Origin: an uncultured Actinomycetota bacterium
Lineage (GTDB): Bacteria > Actinomycetota > Actinomycetes > Mycobacteriales > CAVVZQ01
Direction: 5' to 3'
NCBI GenBank assembly: GCA_963752715.1
Contig: CAVVZQ010000008.1
Span: 49,524 to 113,523, forward strand
Length of the DNA: 64,000 nucleotides
The notes under the pieces were generated by a model. It worked only from the letters and a program-made list of their open reading frames with translations, had not been told where the DNA came from and ran no database searches. Shown piece after piece: positions 18,142 through 28,075 of the stretch. Made by a program: the position numbers and the translations under genes. How positions within the stretch are numbered: the first letter of the stretch is position 1; the number at the start of each line of letters is the position of its first letter.

Positions 18142-19356
18142 ATGAATCATCGACCGACCGGATGGCGTGCCGGGATGCTCGCGGCGGCTGCAGTGATCGC
18201 CGTCGGGGTCTCGGGAGGCGCTGCCCACGCAGTCCCAGCCGGGCCTCCGCCGGGGGTGCCGAGCACGCCCTCGTCTGTCGTCGTGGACGTCCAGTCGTAC
18301 AACCTGTACCTAGGCGCCGATCTCAACCCGCTGTTCGACCCGAGCCGGGACCCGCTCGAGGCCGCCAGCGAGGTCTATGCGGAGATGCAGGCCAGTCGGA
18401 TCCCGGAGCGGATGCAGGCGGCCGCGGAGCTGATCGCCGCCGACCGCCCGGAGCTCGTGGGCCTGCAGGAGGTCGCGATCTGGCGCTCGGCCCCGGCGGC
18501 CTTCACCCCCTCGGGGGTCGTCCCCACCGGACCCTTCGAGACCGAGTACGAGACGCTCGACCTGCTGCTGGAGGACCTCGCAGCGCTGGGTACGCCCTAC
18601 CAGGCGGTCACCGCGAACACCAACTTCAGCAACGAGGCGTTGCCCCTACCCGTGCTGACGCCCACGGGACTGCGGCTCGCGACGCTCACCGATCGCGACG
18701 TCATCCTGGTGCGCTCGGACGCCCTCCATCGGGGCGGGATCAGCCTGGGCGCGACCCAGAACCACATCTTCCAGGCCATTCTCCAGGTGCCGGTGGGAGG
18801 GCAGCTCGTCTCGGTGCCGCGCGGCTGGTCGGCGGTGGACGTCGAGGTGCGCGGCCGTACCTTCCGGTTCGCCAACACGCACCTGGAGGCCTTCGGCGCG
18901 ACCCCGCTGAAGGACGAGATCCGCAACCCACAGGCGGAGGAGCTCGCGGCGGAGCTGGAGGCCTCGCCGTACCCGGTAATCCTCGTCGGCGACGTGAACG
19001 TGCGGCCCGCGCTGTGCAAGGACGAGCGGCTGGGGATGCCGGAGTGGTTCGCTGACCAGAACATCGTGGCCTACGAGACGCTGGAGGACGCCGGCCTGCG
19101 TGAGGTGTGGCCGCTGGTGTACCCGAAGGACCCCTGTGGCGCCGAGGGCTGGACCAGCGGGCAGGACGAGCTGGACAACGAGGCCAGCTCCCTGGACCAC
19201 CGCATCGACGACGTCTTCCTCAGCGACGGCTTCTCCGCGCTGCAGGCCGACGTGGTGGGCGACGAGGAGGCCGATCGCACCCCCAGTGGGTTGTGGCCTT
19301 CGGACCACGCCAGCACGGTCGCGAAGGTGCGCCTCGACAGCGCTAGCAGAGGCTGA
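18142..19356 (+). CDS. Secreted endonuclease/exonuclease/phosphatase (EEP) family protein
   Basis: GGAGGAGG precedes ATG 18142. Signal peptide, LVGLQEV, FANTHLEA, VILVGDVN and SDHASTVAKV motifs. Confidence 0.8.
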   Translation: MNHRPTGWRAGMLAAAAVIAVGVSGGAAHAVPAGPPPGVPSTPSSVVVDVQSYNLYLGADLNPLFDPSRDPLEAASEVYAEMQASRIPERMQAAAELIAADRPELVGLQEVAIWRSAPAAFTPSGVVPTGPFETEYETLDLLLEDLAALGTPYQAVTANTNFSNEALPLPVLTPTGLRLATLTDRDVILVRSDALHRGGISLGATQNHIFQAILQVPVGGQLVSVPRGWSAVDVEVRGRTFRFANTHLEAFGATPLKDEIRNPQAEELAAELEASPYPVILVGDVNVRPALCKDERLGMPEWFADQNIVAYETLEDAGLREVWPLVYPKDPCGAEGWTSGQDELDNEASSLDHRIDDVFLSDGFSALQADVVGDEEADRTPSGLWPSDHASTVAKVRLDSASRG

Positions 19357-19524
19357 CGTCGGCAGCCTCTGCAGCCTCGGCAGCCGTTGCCCGAGGGGGA
19401 CTGGCACAGCGGCGAGCCGTTGCCTCCGCTGGAGGGCGTGCCCCGACAACGGGCGCGAGCTCGGCGTAACCCCATCGCCTGGGATGTCGGCCCGGGAGGT
19501 GGGCTCCGCGTCCCCGGGGTGCGG

Positions 19525-20384
19525 TCACAGCTTGGCTGCCTCGCGGAGCCGCTGCCGGCTCTGGTCCAGCAGGGCGGCGTCGGCGTTGAAGCCCTGTGCC
19601 GCCTGGGCGAGGCGTTGCTGGTCGCCGGTCGCCATTGCGGTGGCCAGCGTGTCCAGGGACGTACGGTAGCCGTCGGTAGCGTTCCGTAGCAGCCCTGCCG
19701 CTTCACGCAGCGACGTCTCCGCCGCTCCCGACTCCAGGGTCAGCAGCTCGTCGGTGGCCGAGGTGATCCGCTGGTCGATCAGCGCCCAGCGACGGGCCAG
19801 CTCGGAGTCGGTGTCGCGCTGGGCAGCGGGCAGGCCCAGCTGCTGGCTGCGCCATCGTAGGAGAGGGTCGTCGACCTGGCTGCGTACCCACGTGAGCTGC
19901 CCCTCGGCCCGTGAGGCGAGCTGCGCGGTCGGGGCTGGAGCCCCGGCCACGCAGCGCCCCGATGAGACCCGCGACCAGGGCGACACCGACGGCTCCGAGG
20001 AAGATCCATAGCCAGTACCGCGGGGTTCCCTCCTCGTCGTCGGCGGCGGCGGCGGCCGGGTCCGTGGGATCCGGCGTGGCCTCCGGCGTGGCCTCCGGTG
20101 TCGGTTCGGGGCTCGGCTGCGGAGTCGGCTCCGGCTGCTCCGGTTCGGTCGTCGTGTCAGGCGTGGACGGGTGTGGACGCAGGTGTGGACGTGGGTGTGG
20201 ATGTGGGGGTGGAGGCAGGAGTGGATGGTGCTGCCTGAGGGCGGTCGCTTCCGCTCGCTTCCGGGGCCAGGGACTCGATCGCGGAGGAGAGGGCATCTCC
20301 GACTGTGCTGTCCTCGCCACAGGCCGTCATCAGCAGCCCTGCTGCGGCGAGGCCAGCCAGGGGAAGGGCAAGGGAGCGACGCAT
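19525..20384 (-). pseudogene. Lipoprotein / single-pass membrane protein reading through three frames (two frameshifts)
   Basis: Frame A: MRRSLALPLAGLAAAGLLMTAC (lipobox) ...STPTSTPAS. Frame B: PDTTTEPEQPEPTPQ...RYWLWIFLGAVGVALVAGLIGAL (TM). Frame C: APAPTAQLASRAEGQLTWVRSQVDD...RLREAAKL. Each segment has high GC3 only in its own frame. Junctions lie near 20160-20175 and 19937-19950. Confidence 0.55.
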
Positions 20385-20516
20385 ACCGGGAGACTAGCGG
20401 GGCCGGCGGCCCCGATCGGGTACCGAGGCCAGGGCAATGATGGCAGCCCCGAGATGTCCGGCCGCCTGGCTCGCCCGCAAGGGCTGAACCCGGACATGTC
20501 ACACCGCGGTGCCAAG

Positions 20517-20918
20517 ATGGCCTGCATGAGCGCACTCGAGCCGTCCGCCCCCAGCACGGTCGAGGAGTACCTCGCGACGTTGACCGACGCCGAGCGCATA
20601 GCCCTGGAGCGGGTACGGGGGATCATCCTCCGGACAGCGCCCGAGGCAACCGAGCGGATCTCGTACAAGATCCCGGTGTTCGCCCTGCACGGGGACCTGG
20701 TGGGACTCGCCGCGCAACGCAAGCACCTGTCGCTGTACGTGATGAGCTCCAGCCTGCTGCCCACGATGGCAGGGGACCTGGGCCCGTACCAGGTCTCGGG
20801 GAAGGGCACGATCCACTTCACCCCTGAGGAGCCACTTCCGGAGGCCCTCATAGAGACGATCGTGAGGGCCCGGGTACGGGAGAACGAGGCCAATCGCGGG
20901 GCAGGGAGGGCGACATGA
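20517..20918 (+). CDS. DUF1801 (YdhG-like) domain protein
   Basis: VEEYLATLTDAERIALERVRGIILRTAPEATERISYKIPVF is typical of the family. Confidence 0.75.
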   Translation: MACMSALEPSAPSTVEEYLATLTDAERIALERVRGIILRTAPEATERISYKIPVFALHGDLVGLAAQRKHLSLYVMSSSLLPTMAGDLGPYQVSGKGTIHFTPEEPLPEALIETIVRARVRENEANRGAGRAT

Positions 20919-20997
20919 CTGCAACGGGGGAGCGCGGCCGGCTCGTCGCGGCAGTGCAGGCCCGGCTCGTTGCTGCAGCGCAATCGAGGCGCTGTCG

Positions 20998-21858
20998 GTG
21001 ATCGATCGGGGGCGGACCGCCTCGATCGGGCGGGTACGCGGTCGTAACCGTGGGCTGGCACGGGTGCATGGCCGTGGTCTGGGGCTCGCATCGGGTCTCG
21101 CGCCGGGTCTCGCGCCGGGCCTGGCAGTGGGTCTCGCACTGGGTCTGTTCCTGACCGGCTGCCAGCAGGAGTCCGGGCCGGACCCCGTGCCCACACCGAC
21201 GCCAACACCCCCCACGAGCTCCGCACCCGAGCCGTCCGAGGACAGCGCCAGCTCCACTCTGGCGCTCAACGGGCTCGCAGCCAGCGGCACCGTCGCAGCG
21301 GCGCTCAGCACCTTGGAGCTCCTGCCGCAGTCGGGCCGTGTCGTGACGCGGTACGACCGTGACGACTACGGGGAACGCTGGGAGGACGTCGACGGCAACG
21401 GCTGCAACCAGCGCGACGACGTTCTGCTCCGGGACGCGATCCCGGGTACGGCGACGGTTGCACCGCAGGGCGAGTGCGACCACGACGTCCTCGCAGGCAG
21501 CTGGGACGACCCGTACACCGGACTGGTTCTGACCTTCGACGATCTCAAGGACACCGACCAGGCGCAGGCTCTTCAGATCGACCACCTCGTTCCGCTGTCC
21601 GAGGCGCATCAGTCGGGCGCGGACCGCTGGGACGCGCAGCGCCGCCTGGAGTTCGCCAACGACCAGGACAACCTGCTCGCCGTCGACGGGCCCGCGAACA
21701 ACCGGAAGGGCGACTCCGACCCGGCCGAGTGGATGCCCCCGTACGAGCCGTCCCACTGCGCGTACGCGGTGATCTGGGTCGAGGTCAAGGACACCTGGAG
21801 CCTCGGGGTCGACGCAGCGGAGCGGGCAGCGCTCAAGTCGTTGCTCCGCTCCTGCTGA
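20998..21858 (+). CDS. Lipoprotein with a C-terminal DUF1524 / HNH-type nuclease domain
   Basis: Lipobox LFLTGC, Pro/Thr linker, then IDHLVPLSEAHQSGADRW...NLLAVDGPANNRKGDSDPAEWMP. The exact start is uncertain. Confidence 0.75.
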   Translation: MIDRGRTASIGRVRGRNRGLARVHGRGLGLASGLAPGLAPGLAVGLALGLFLTGCQQESGPDPVPTPTPTPPTSSAPEPSEDSASSTLALNGLAASGTVAAALSTLELLPQSGRVVTRYDRDDYGERWEDVDGNGCNQRDDVLLRDAIPGTATVAPQGECDHDVLAGSWDDPYTGLVLTFDDLKDTDQAQALQIDHLVPLSEAHQSGADRWDAQRRLEFANDQDNLLAVDGPANNRKGDSDPAEWMPPYEPSHCAYAVIWVEVKDTWSLGVDAAERAALKSLLRSC

Positions 21859-21965
21859 TCCCGTGCGCCCGGCATGCATCTGTCGCGGGTGGGTCGGTGT
21901 TGAGCGATGGGCAGGTGCTGTGCGATAGGACGGTGCTCAACGAGGGGACGGTGCTCAGAGGCTGC

Positions 21966-22628
21966 TCAGCGGGCGGGACGCTCCGCCCGCTCCGGAGGAC
22001 CGGCGGGCTTCGCGCCGCGCAGCAGTCGCATCTCCTCGCCTCCCATCGCGTGATAGCTGACCGTCACGTCGACGAAGCCGGCCGTCTCGAAGGCGTGACG
22101 GGCCTGGTCCTCGTGCCAGCCGTGCATCCCCCAGGAGTTGGGCGCTGGCGTGTCCGCCCGCTTCTCGTCGGAGCGCATGCCCATCGTCACCACTGCCCGT
22201 CCCCCCGGCCGGAGTACCCGGTACATCTCACGCAGTGCCGCCTCCGGGTCGGGGAACCACTCCATGCTCCCCATGCAGGTAACGGCGCTGAACCGCGCGG
22301 TGGGCCACGGCAGCTGCGCCGCGTCGCCCCGTACCACCTCGGCGGTTCCGGCTTCGATCCGCTCCTTCAGGTGGCGGCGCGTGGTGTCCACCATGACACC
22401 AGAGAGGTCAACGCCGCTGATGTGCCCTGCGGCGCCACCGAACTCCTTGAGGAACGCGCCGGTGCCGCACCCGACCTCGAGCAGGTCGTCGTCGGGTTGC
22501 AGGTCCAGCGCAGCCGCGCACGGTGCGTAGAAGGGCTTGTGCATCATCGGCAGCGTCCAGCCGAACAGCCACCCCACCGGGCGCGCCGGTACGACCAGGG
22601 GGGAGATCAACGTCTGCTTGATACTCAT
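21966..22628 (-). CDS. Class I SAM-dependent methyltransferase
   Basis: LEVGCGTGAF motif I, LRPGGRAVV. Confidence 0.85.
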   Translation of the reverse strand: MSIKQTLISPLVVPARPVGWLFGWTLPMMHKPFYAPCAAALDLQPDDDLLEVGCGTGAFLKEFGGAAGHISGVDLSGVMVDTTRRHLKERIEAGTAEVVRGDAAQLPWPTARFSAVTCMGSMEWFPDPEAALREMYRVLRPGGRAVVTMGMRSDEKRADTPAPNSWGMHGWHEDQARHAFETAGFVDVTVSYHAMGGEEMRLLRGAKPAGPPERAERPAR

Positions 22629-22810
22629 GGCAACCCCCTCTCAGTTGTCCTTGCAGCCCATACGTACCGCTCGCGCAGTTCGGTAGGCAGGGACCTTGGA
22701 CCCGGATCGGTCTGCGGGAGCGCCGGCGTGGTTAGGTCGGTGGGACAGCGTGGTTAGGTCGGTTGGACATCAGGATGCTAGGGCGGGGACCGCCAGGAAC
22801 GGAGCGCACG

Positions 22811-24118
22811 ATGGGATCGCTCGACCACATCCCCGGGACGCTGGGACTCCCGCTGATCGGCCAGACGGTCCCGTTCCTGCGGGACGCGCGCACGATGGTG
22901 GCCGAGCGGCACCGTGAGTACGGCGACGTCGCGAAGGGACGGGCGCTGGGCCAGACCGCGGTGACCTTCGTGTCGCCCGAGGCCACCAAGCAGATCTACC
23001 TGGACCCCGACCGGATCTTCTCCTCCGAGATCGGCTGGTCGTTCACCATCGGTCCACTGTTCCAGCGGGGCCTGATGCTGCGCGACTTCGAGGACCACCG
23101 GGTGCACCGGCTCGCCATGGCCCATGCCTTCCGACGCGCCGCCCTGCAGGGCTACGTCCCGCGCATCCACGAGATCACACAGCAGCACGTGGCTCGGATG
23201 GGTACCGGAGCGGTGGACGTCTACGCCCTCGCCAAGGAGCTCACCCTCGACATCGCGGCCCAGGTTTTCGTCGGAACGACCATGCACGAGCAGGTCGCGA
23301 CCCTGAACCGGTGCTTCGTGCAGATGATGCGCGCCTCGATCAGCCCGCTCCGGCTCGACCTGCCCGGGCTGCCCTTCCGCAAGGGAATGGCGGCACGCCG
23401 GGAGCTCGTGGGCCTGTTCACCGAGCTGGTGAGGCAGCGGCGTGCCGAGCCGGAGGGCGAGGACCTGCTCTCCCGGCTGGCCCACGCACGCGTGGAGGAC
23501 GGCCGGCCGCTCGCGGTCGACGAGGTCGTCGATCACATGATCTTCCTTCTGCTGGCGGCGCATGACACCACGACGGCAACGCTGGCGGTCATGATGTGGA
23601 TGCTCGCTCGCCACCAGACCTGGCAGGACGCCGTCGTCGCGGAGATCGAAGCACTGGGCGGCGACCCGGTCACCCTGGACAACCAGGGCGAGCTGGTGGT
23701 GACCGAGCGGGTCTTCAAGGAGGCGCTGCGGATGAGCCCACCGGTCCCGTTCTCCCCGCGCGGGGTACTGGCGGACACCGAGATCGACGGGTGGGCGATC
23801 CCGGCCGGCACCATGGTCACCACCTGCAGCCTGGAGCTGCACCGGCACCCCGCCTACTGGTCGCACCCGAACTCCTTCGACCCGGACCGCTTCGCGCCCC
23901 ACCGCGCCGAGGACAAGCAGCACTCGCACCTGTTCATCCCCTTCGGCGGGGGAGCGCACCTGTGCCTGGGCAACCACTTCGCGGAGCTGGTCGCCAAGGC
24001 CGCGATGGCGGGAGTGCTCACCAGCCACCGGCTGGAGGACGTGCCGGGACGTCAGGTGTTCATCCAGTCCGTGCCGATCCCCAAGCCGCGGGGCGGACTG
24101 GTCCTGACGGTCCGGTGA
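22811..24118 (+). CDS. Cytochrome P450
   Basis: Heme loop FIPFGGGAHLCLGNHFA and I-helix LLLAAHDTT. GGAG lies 6 nt before ATG 22811. Confidence 0.9.
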   Translation: MGSLDHIPGTLGLPLIGQTVPFLRDARTMVAERHREYGDVAKGRALGQTAVTFVSPEATKQIYLDPDRIFSSEIGWSFTIGPLFQRGLMLRDFEDHRVHRLAMAHAFRRAALQGYVPRIHEITQQHVARMGTGAVDVYALAKELTLDIAAQVFVGTTMHEQVATLNRCFVQMMRASISPLRLDLPGLPFRKGMAARRELVGLFTELVRQRRAEPEGEDLLSRLAHARVEDGRPLAVDEVVDHMIFLLLAAHDTTTATLAVMMWMLARHQTWQDAVVAEIEALGGDPVTLDNQGELVVTERVFKEALRMSPPVPFSPRGVLADTEIDGWAIPAGTMVTTCSLELHRHPAYWSHPNSFDPDRFAPHRAEDKQHSHLFIPFGGGAHLCLGNHFAELVAKAAMAGVLTSHRLEDVPGRQVFIQSVPIPKPRGGLVLTVR

Positions 24119-26649
24119 GCCCCCAGCCGCCGGCTCCGGAGGACCTGCTGGAGGAGTACGCCGCCCAGCAGGCCGAGCAGGGCCGCTCGCTCTACCCGGC
24201 TCAGGAGGACGCGCTCCTCGAGCTCGCCACCGGGGCGCACGTGATCCTGGCGACTCCGACGGGCTCCGGGAAGAGCCTGGTCGCGACCGGAGCGATGCAC
24301 TTCGCACTCGCCCAGGGACGCCGTACCTTCTACACCGCGCCCATCAAGGCGCTGGTGTCCGAGAAGTTCTTCGAGCTGTGCGGGGTGTTCGGGGCGGACC
24401 AGGTCGGGATGGTCACCGGGGACGCCGCCGTGAACGACCAGGCACCGATCATCTGCGCGACCGCCGAGATCCTGGCGATGAAGGCGCTGCGGGAGGGCTC
24501 CGCCGCGGATGTCGACGTGGTGTGCATGGACGAGTTCCACTACTACGCCGACCGGGACCGCGGGTGGGCCTGGCAGGTGCCGCTGATCGAGCTGACGGAT
24601 GCGCAGTTCCTGCTGATGTCGGCCACCCTGGGCGACGTCCGGCGGTTCGCCGAGGACCTCGAGCGCCGCACCGGGCGGCCCGCCGCCGTCGTGGCGTCCG
24701 GGGAGCGGCCGGTGCCGCTGCACTTCGAGTACGCCCTCACGCCGATCCACGAGACGCTCGCCGACCTCCTGACAGCCGGCTCGGCGCCGGTCTACGTGGT
24801 CCATGCGACCCAGGCCGCCGCGCTGGAGCGGGCCCAAGCGCTCACCAGCGTCGCCGTCTGCACCCGCGCGGAGAAGGACGCTATCGCCGAGGCCATCGGG
24901 GACTTCCGGTTCACCGCCGGCTTCGGCAGGACGCTCAGCCGGCTGGTGCGGCACGGGATCGGAGTCCATCACGCCGGGATGCTGCCGCGCTACCGGCGTC
25001 TGGTCGAGCAGCTCACCCAGGCGGGCCGGCTGAAGGTGGTGTGCGGGACCGACACCCTGGGGGTAGGGATCAATGTCCCCATCCGCACGGTCGTGATCAC
25101 GTCGCTGACCAAGTACGACGGACGGCGGGTACGGCTGCTGCGCGCCAGAGAGTTCCATCAGATCGCGGGCAGAGCCGGCCGGCCCGGCTACGACACCGAG
25201 GGCACGGTCGTCGTACAGGCTCCGGAGCACGAGATCGAGAACCAGCGGCTGCTGGCCCGTGCCGGGGACGACCCGAAGAAGCGGCGCCGCGTCGTCCGCA
25301 GGAAGCCGCCCGAGGGGGTGCCGAGCTGGAGCCAGGCGACGTACGAGCGGCTGGTCCACGCCGAGCCCGAGACGCTCACGTCCCGCTTCGACGTCAGCCA
25401 CGCGATGCTGCTCAGCGTCGCGCAGCGGCCCGGGGACGCCTTCAGCGCGATGTGGCACCTGCTCACCGACAACGACGAGGACCCGGCGGGTCAGGAACGG
25501 CTCATCCACCGGGCGTACGCGATCTACGGGGCGCTGGTGGCCGCCGACGTGCTCGAGCTGGTGGACCCGCCCGACGCCGACGGCCGCACCGTACGGGTGG
25601 TCGGCGACCTCCCGGAGGACTTCGCGCTGAACCAGCCGCTGTCCCCGTTCGCACTGGCTGCCTTGGAGCTGCTCGACGCCGAGTCCGACAGCTACGCCCT
25701 CGACGTGCTCTCCGTGCTGGAGGCCACGCTCGACGACCCCCGGTCGGTGCTGCTGGCTCAGCAGCACCGCGCCCGCGGCGAGGCGGTGGCGGCGATGAAG
25801 GCCGAGGGCATCGAGTACGAGGAGCGCATGGAGCTGCTGGAGGAGGTCACCTGGCCGCAGCCGCTGGCCGAGATGCTGGAGGCGGCGTACGAGATCTACT
25901 CCGACGGCCATCCCTGGGTGGGTGAGCACCCGCTCCGCCCCAAGTCGGTGGCCCGGGAGCTCTCCGAGCTGGCGATGACGTTCGTCGAGTACGTCGGCTA
26001 CCACCGGCTGTCCTCCTCCGAGGGCCAGGTGCTGCGCTACCTCGCGGATGCCTACCAGGCGCTGCGGCGGACGGTGCCGGACAGCCTGCGGACCGAGGCG
26101 CTCGACGACCTGACGGAGTGGCTGGGGGAGCTGGTCCGTCAGGTGGACTCCAGCCTGCTCGAGGAGTGGGAGCAGCTGCTGCACCCCGAGGCTTTCGCCG
26201 AGGCTGCGGCCGCCGGCCACCCGCCCGGTCACCGGGCCGAGCCGCCCCCGGTGACCGCGAACGCGCGGGCCTTCCGGGTGCTGGTCCGCAACGCGATGTT
26301 CCGCCGTGTGGAGCTGGCGGCGCTGCGGCGCTGGGACCAGCTGGGGGAGATGGACTCTGACGCGGGATGGGACGCGCAGCGCTGGCGGGCCGCCGGGGAT
26401 GCCTACTTCGCCGAGCACGCCGACCTCGGCACGGGTCCGGACGCCCGCGGCCCGCACCTGCTGCACATCGCCGAGCAGCCGGGACGCTGGGTGGTGCGGC
26501 AGGTATTCGACGACCCCGACGGCGACCACGACTGGGGGATCAGCGCGGTGGTGGACCTCGCTGCCAGTGACCGGCGCGGCGAGGCGGCCGTGGAGGTGAC
26601 TGCGGTGGACCGGCACGATGCCACCCCCGCCACACGCGTCACCTTCTAG
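24115..26649 (+). CDS. DEAD/DEAH-box helicase with a DUF3516-type C-terminal region
   Basis: GTG 24115 overlaps the P450 stop (GTGA). ATPTGSGKS, MDEFHY, LMSATLG, HHAGMLP. Confidence 0.85.
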   Translation: MSPQPPAPEDLLEEYAAQQAEQGRSLYPAQEDALLELATGAHVILATPTGSGKSLVATGAMHFALAQGRRTFYTAPIKALVSEKFFELCGVFGADQVGMVTGDAAVNDQAPIICATAEILAMKALREGSAADVDVVCMDEFHYYADRDRGWAWQVPLIELTDAQFLLMSATLGDVRRFAEDLERRTGRPAAVVASGERPVPLHFEYALTPIHETLADLLTAGSAPVYVVHATQAAALERAQALTSVAVCTRAEKDAIAEAIGDFRFTAGFGRTLSRLVRHGIGVHHAGMLPRYRRLVEQLTQAGRLKVVCGTDTLGVGINVPIRTVVITSLTKYDGRRVRLLRAREFHQIAGRAGRPGYDTEGTVVVQAPEHEIENQRLLARAGDDPKKRRRVVRRKPPEGVPSWSQATYERLVHAEPETLTSRFDVSHAMLLSVAQRPGDAFSAMWHLLTDNDEDPAGQERLIHRAYAIYGALVAADVLELVDPPDADGRTVRVVGDLPEDFALNQPLSPFALAALELLDAESDSYALDVLSVLEATLDDPRSVLLAQQHRARGEAVAAMKAEGIEYEERMELLEEVTWPQPLAEMLEAAYEIYSDGHPWVGEHPLRPKSVARELSELAMTFVEYVGYHRLSSSEGQVLRYLADAYQALRRTVPDSLRTEALDDLTEWLGELVRQVDSSLLEEWEQLLHPEAFAEAAAAGHPPGHRAEPPPVTANARAFRVLVRNAMFRRVELAALRRWDQLGEMDSDAGWDAQRWRAAGDAYFAEHADLGTGPDARGPHLLHIAEQPGRWVVRQVFDDPDGDHDWGISAVVDLAASDRRGEAAVEVTAVDRHDATPATRVTF

Positions 26650-26658
26650 GCTCGGGGT

Positions 26659-27279
26659 GTGGCCCGGTACTTCGACGTCCATCCGCGTGACCCGCAGCCG
26701 CGATCTGTCGCCCAGGTCGCGGCGATGCTGCGTGAGGGTGCGGTGATCGCCTACCCGACGGACTCCTGCTACGCGCTGGGCTGCCTGCTGGACAACCGCG
26801 AGGGCGCGGCACGCATCCGACGCATCCGCGGACTGGACGAGCGGCACCACTTCACGCTGGTCTGCGACTCCTTCGCGCAGCTCGGGCAGTTCGTCCAGCT
26901 CGACAACACCGAGTTCCGGGCGGTCAAGGCTGCCACCCCTGGCGCGTACACGTTCATCCTGCCTGCCACCCGCGAGGTGCCGCGTCGGCTGGCACATCCG
27001 AAGAAGCGCACGGTCGGAGTGCGGATTCCCGACCACCCCTTCGTACGGGCACTGGTGCGTGAGCTGGGGGAGCCGCTGCTGTCCACCACCCTGCTGCTGC
27101 CCGGTGAGCAGGAGCCGATGACCGAGGGCTGGGAGATCAAGGAGCGCCTGGACAAGGTTGTCGACGCGGTGGTGGACGCGGGCTCCTGCGGCATCGAGCC
27201 GACCACCGTCGTGGACTGGTCGGAGGGCGTCCCCGAGATCACCCGGGTGGGCGCGGGCGACCCGGCACGCTTCGAGTGA
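26659..27279 (+). CDS. yciO: Sua5/YciO/YrdC family protein, YciO-like
   Basis: Appears alignable by eye along its length with my recollection of E. coli YciO: AYPTDSCYALGC, HHFTLVC, TPGAYTFILPATREVPRRL, RTVGVRIPDHP, LGEPLLSTTLLLPGE. Confidence 0.8.
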   Translation: MARYFDVHPRDPQPRSVAQVAAMLREGAVIAYPTDSCYALGCLLDNREGAARIRRIRGLDERHHFTLVCDSFAQLGQFVQLDNTEFRAVKAATPGAYTFILPATREVPRRLAHPKKRTVGVRIPDHPFVRALVRELGEPLLSTTLLLPGEQEPMTEGWEIKERLDKVVDAVVDAGSCGIEPTTVVDWSEGVPEITRVGAGDPARFE

Positions 27280-27312
27280 GGCCTGGTCGCGGTACAGGTC
27301 AAGGGCGGGTCG

Positions 27313-27760
27313 GTGTGGCACGACGGCGCCCGGTGGCTGCAGGCGTGGTCGGAGCAGGGCCAGCGTCGGATCGACCCGGTCGGTCAGGAGTTCGACCTGC
27401 CGGACTGCCCGCGCCACATGGTGGTCGATCGCAGTCAGCTGACGTCCGTCGCCTCCGGCCTGCGGGAGACGGCCGAGCTGCAGGGGCAGGGCTACCGACC
27501 GCCCGACAGCCAGGACGTGGACCTGCTGGCCGAGATCATGCGGGGCCGCGGCCTACCCCAGCGTGACGTGGTTGCGCTGGCGCTGGACCGTGAGACGCGG
27601 GGGGATCTCCTGACCGCGGAGCAGGCCAACGTGCTCGGGGCGACCAGACTGCTGCGTCGGGTAGAGGTGCGGGGCGGTGCCGGCAGCGGCAAGACGTGGC
27701 TCGCGGTGGAACAGGCACGTCGCCTCGCCCGCGACGGCGAGCGGGTGGCCCTGACCGGGC
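27313..27760 (+). pseudogene. N-terminal relic of a UvrD-like P-loop helicase/ATPase
   Basis: LTAEQANVLGATRLLRRVEVRGGAGSGKTWLAVEQARRLARDGERVAL (Walker A). Meaningful sequence stops about 27757. The rest of track ORF 27313..27894 is Arg-rich read-through into the antitoxin region. Confidence 0.65.
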
Positions 27761-27791
27761 TTCTGAGGCGCGAGGATCGAGCTCGTTCTCA

Positions 27792-27820
27792 TGTACAAGA
27801 AGGGCGATGGGTTGTACGCT
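27792..27820 (+). promoter_or_regulatory. Putative TA operator/promoter: TGTACA core, inverted repeat GTACAA-N13-TTGTAC, and a -10-like TACGCT
   Basis: Read directly. TACGCT (27815-27820) lies 6 nt before ATG 27827, consistent with a leaderless antitoxin transcript. Confidence 0.5.
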
Positions 27821-27826
27821 TTCAGC

Positions 27827-28075
27827 ATGGTCGTGATGAGCGTGAGCGCGGCGCGGGAGCAGCTGGCCGAAGCCGTCGAGCAGGCCGGCCGTGAGGCCGT
27901 CGTGATCGAACGGTACGGCCGGGCAGCCGCCGTGATGATCAGCCCTGCCCGCTACGAAGAACTGATGGACGCGCTGGAAGAGGTCGAGGACATCGCCGCT
28001 TTCGATGAGGCGATGGCCGAGGAGGGGCCCAACATCCCCTGGGAGCAGGTCAAGGCCGACCTCGGGTGGCAGTAG
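27827..28075 (+). CDS. Phd/YefM family type II antitoxin
   Basis: MSVSAAREQLAEAVEQAGREAVVIERYGRAAAVMISPARYEELMDALEEVEDIAAFDEA. Alternative starts at 27791 and 27836. Confidence 0.85.
   Translation: MVVMSVSAAREQLAEAVEQAGREAVVIERYGRAAAVMISPARYEELMDALEEVEDIAAFDEAMAEEGPNIPWEQVKADLGWQ

Noticed and set aside
24052-27417. 1121-aa minus-strand ORF opposite the helicase and yciO
   Set aside because: Shadow ORF. The translation is low-complexity and Arg-rich, and the plus strand carries unambiguous helicase and YciO motifs.
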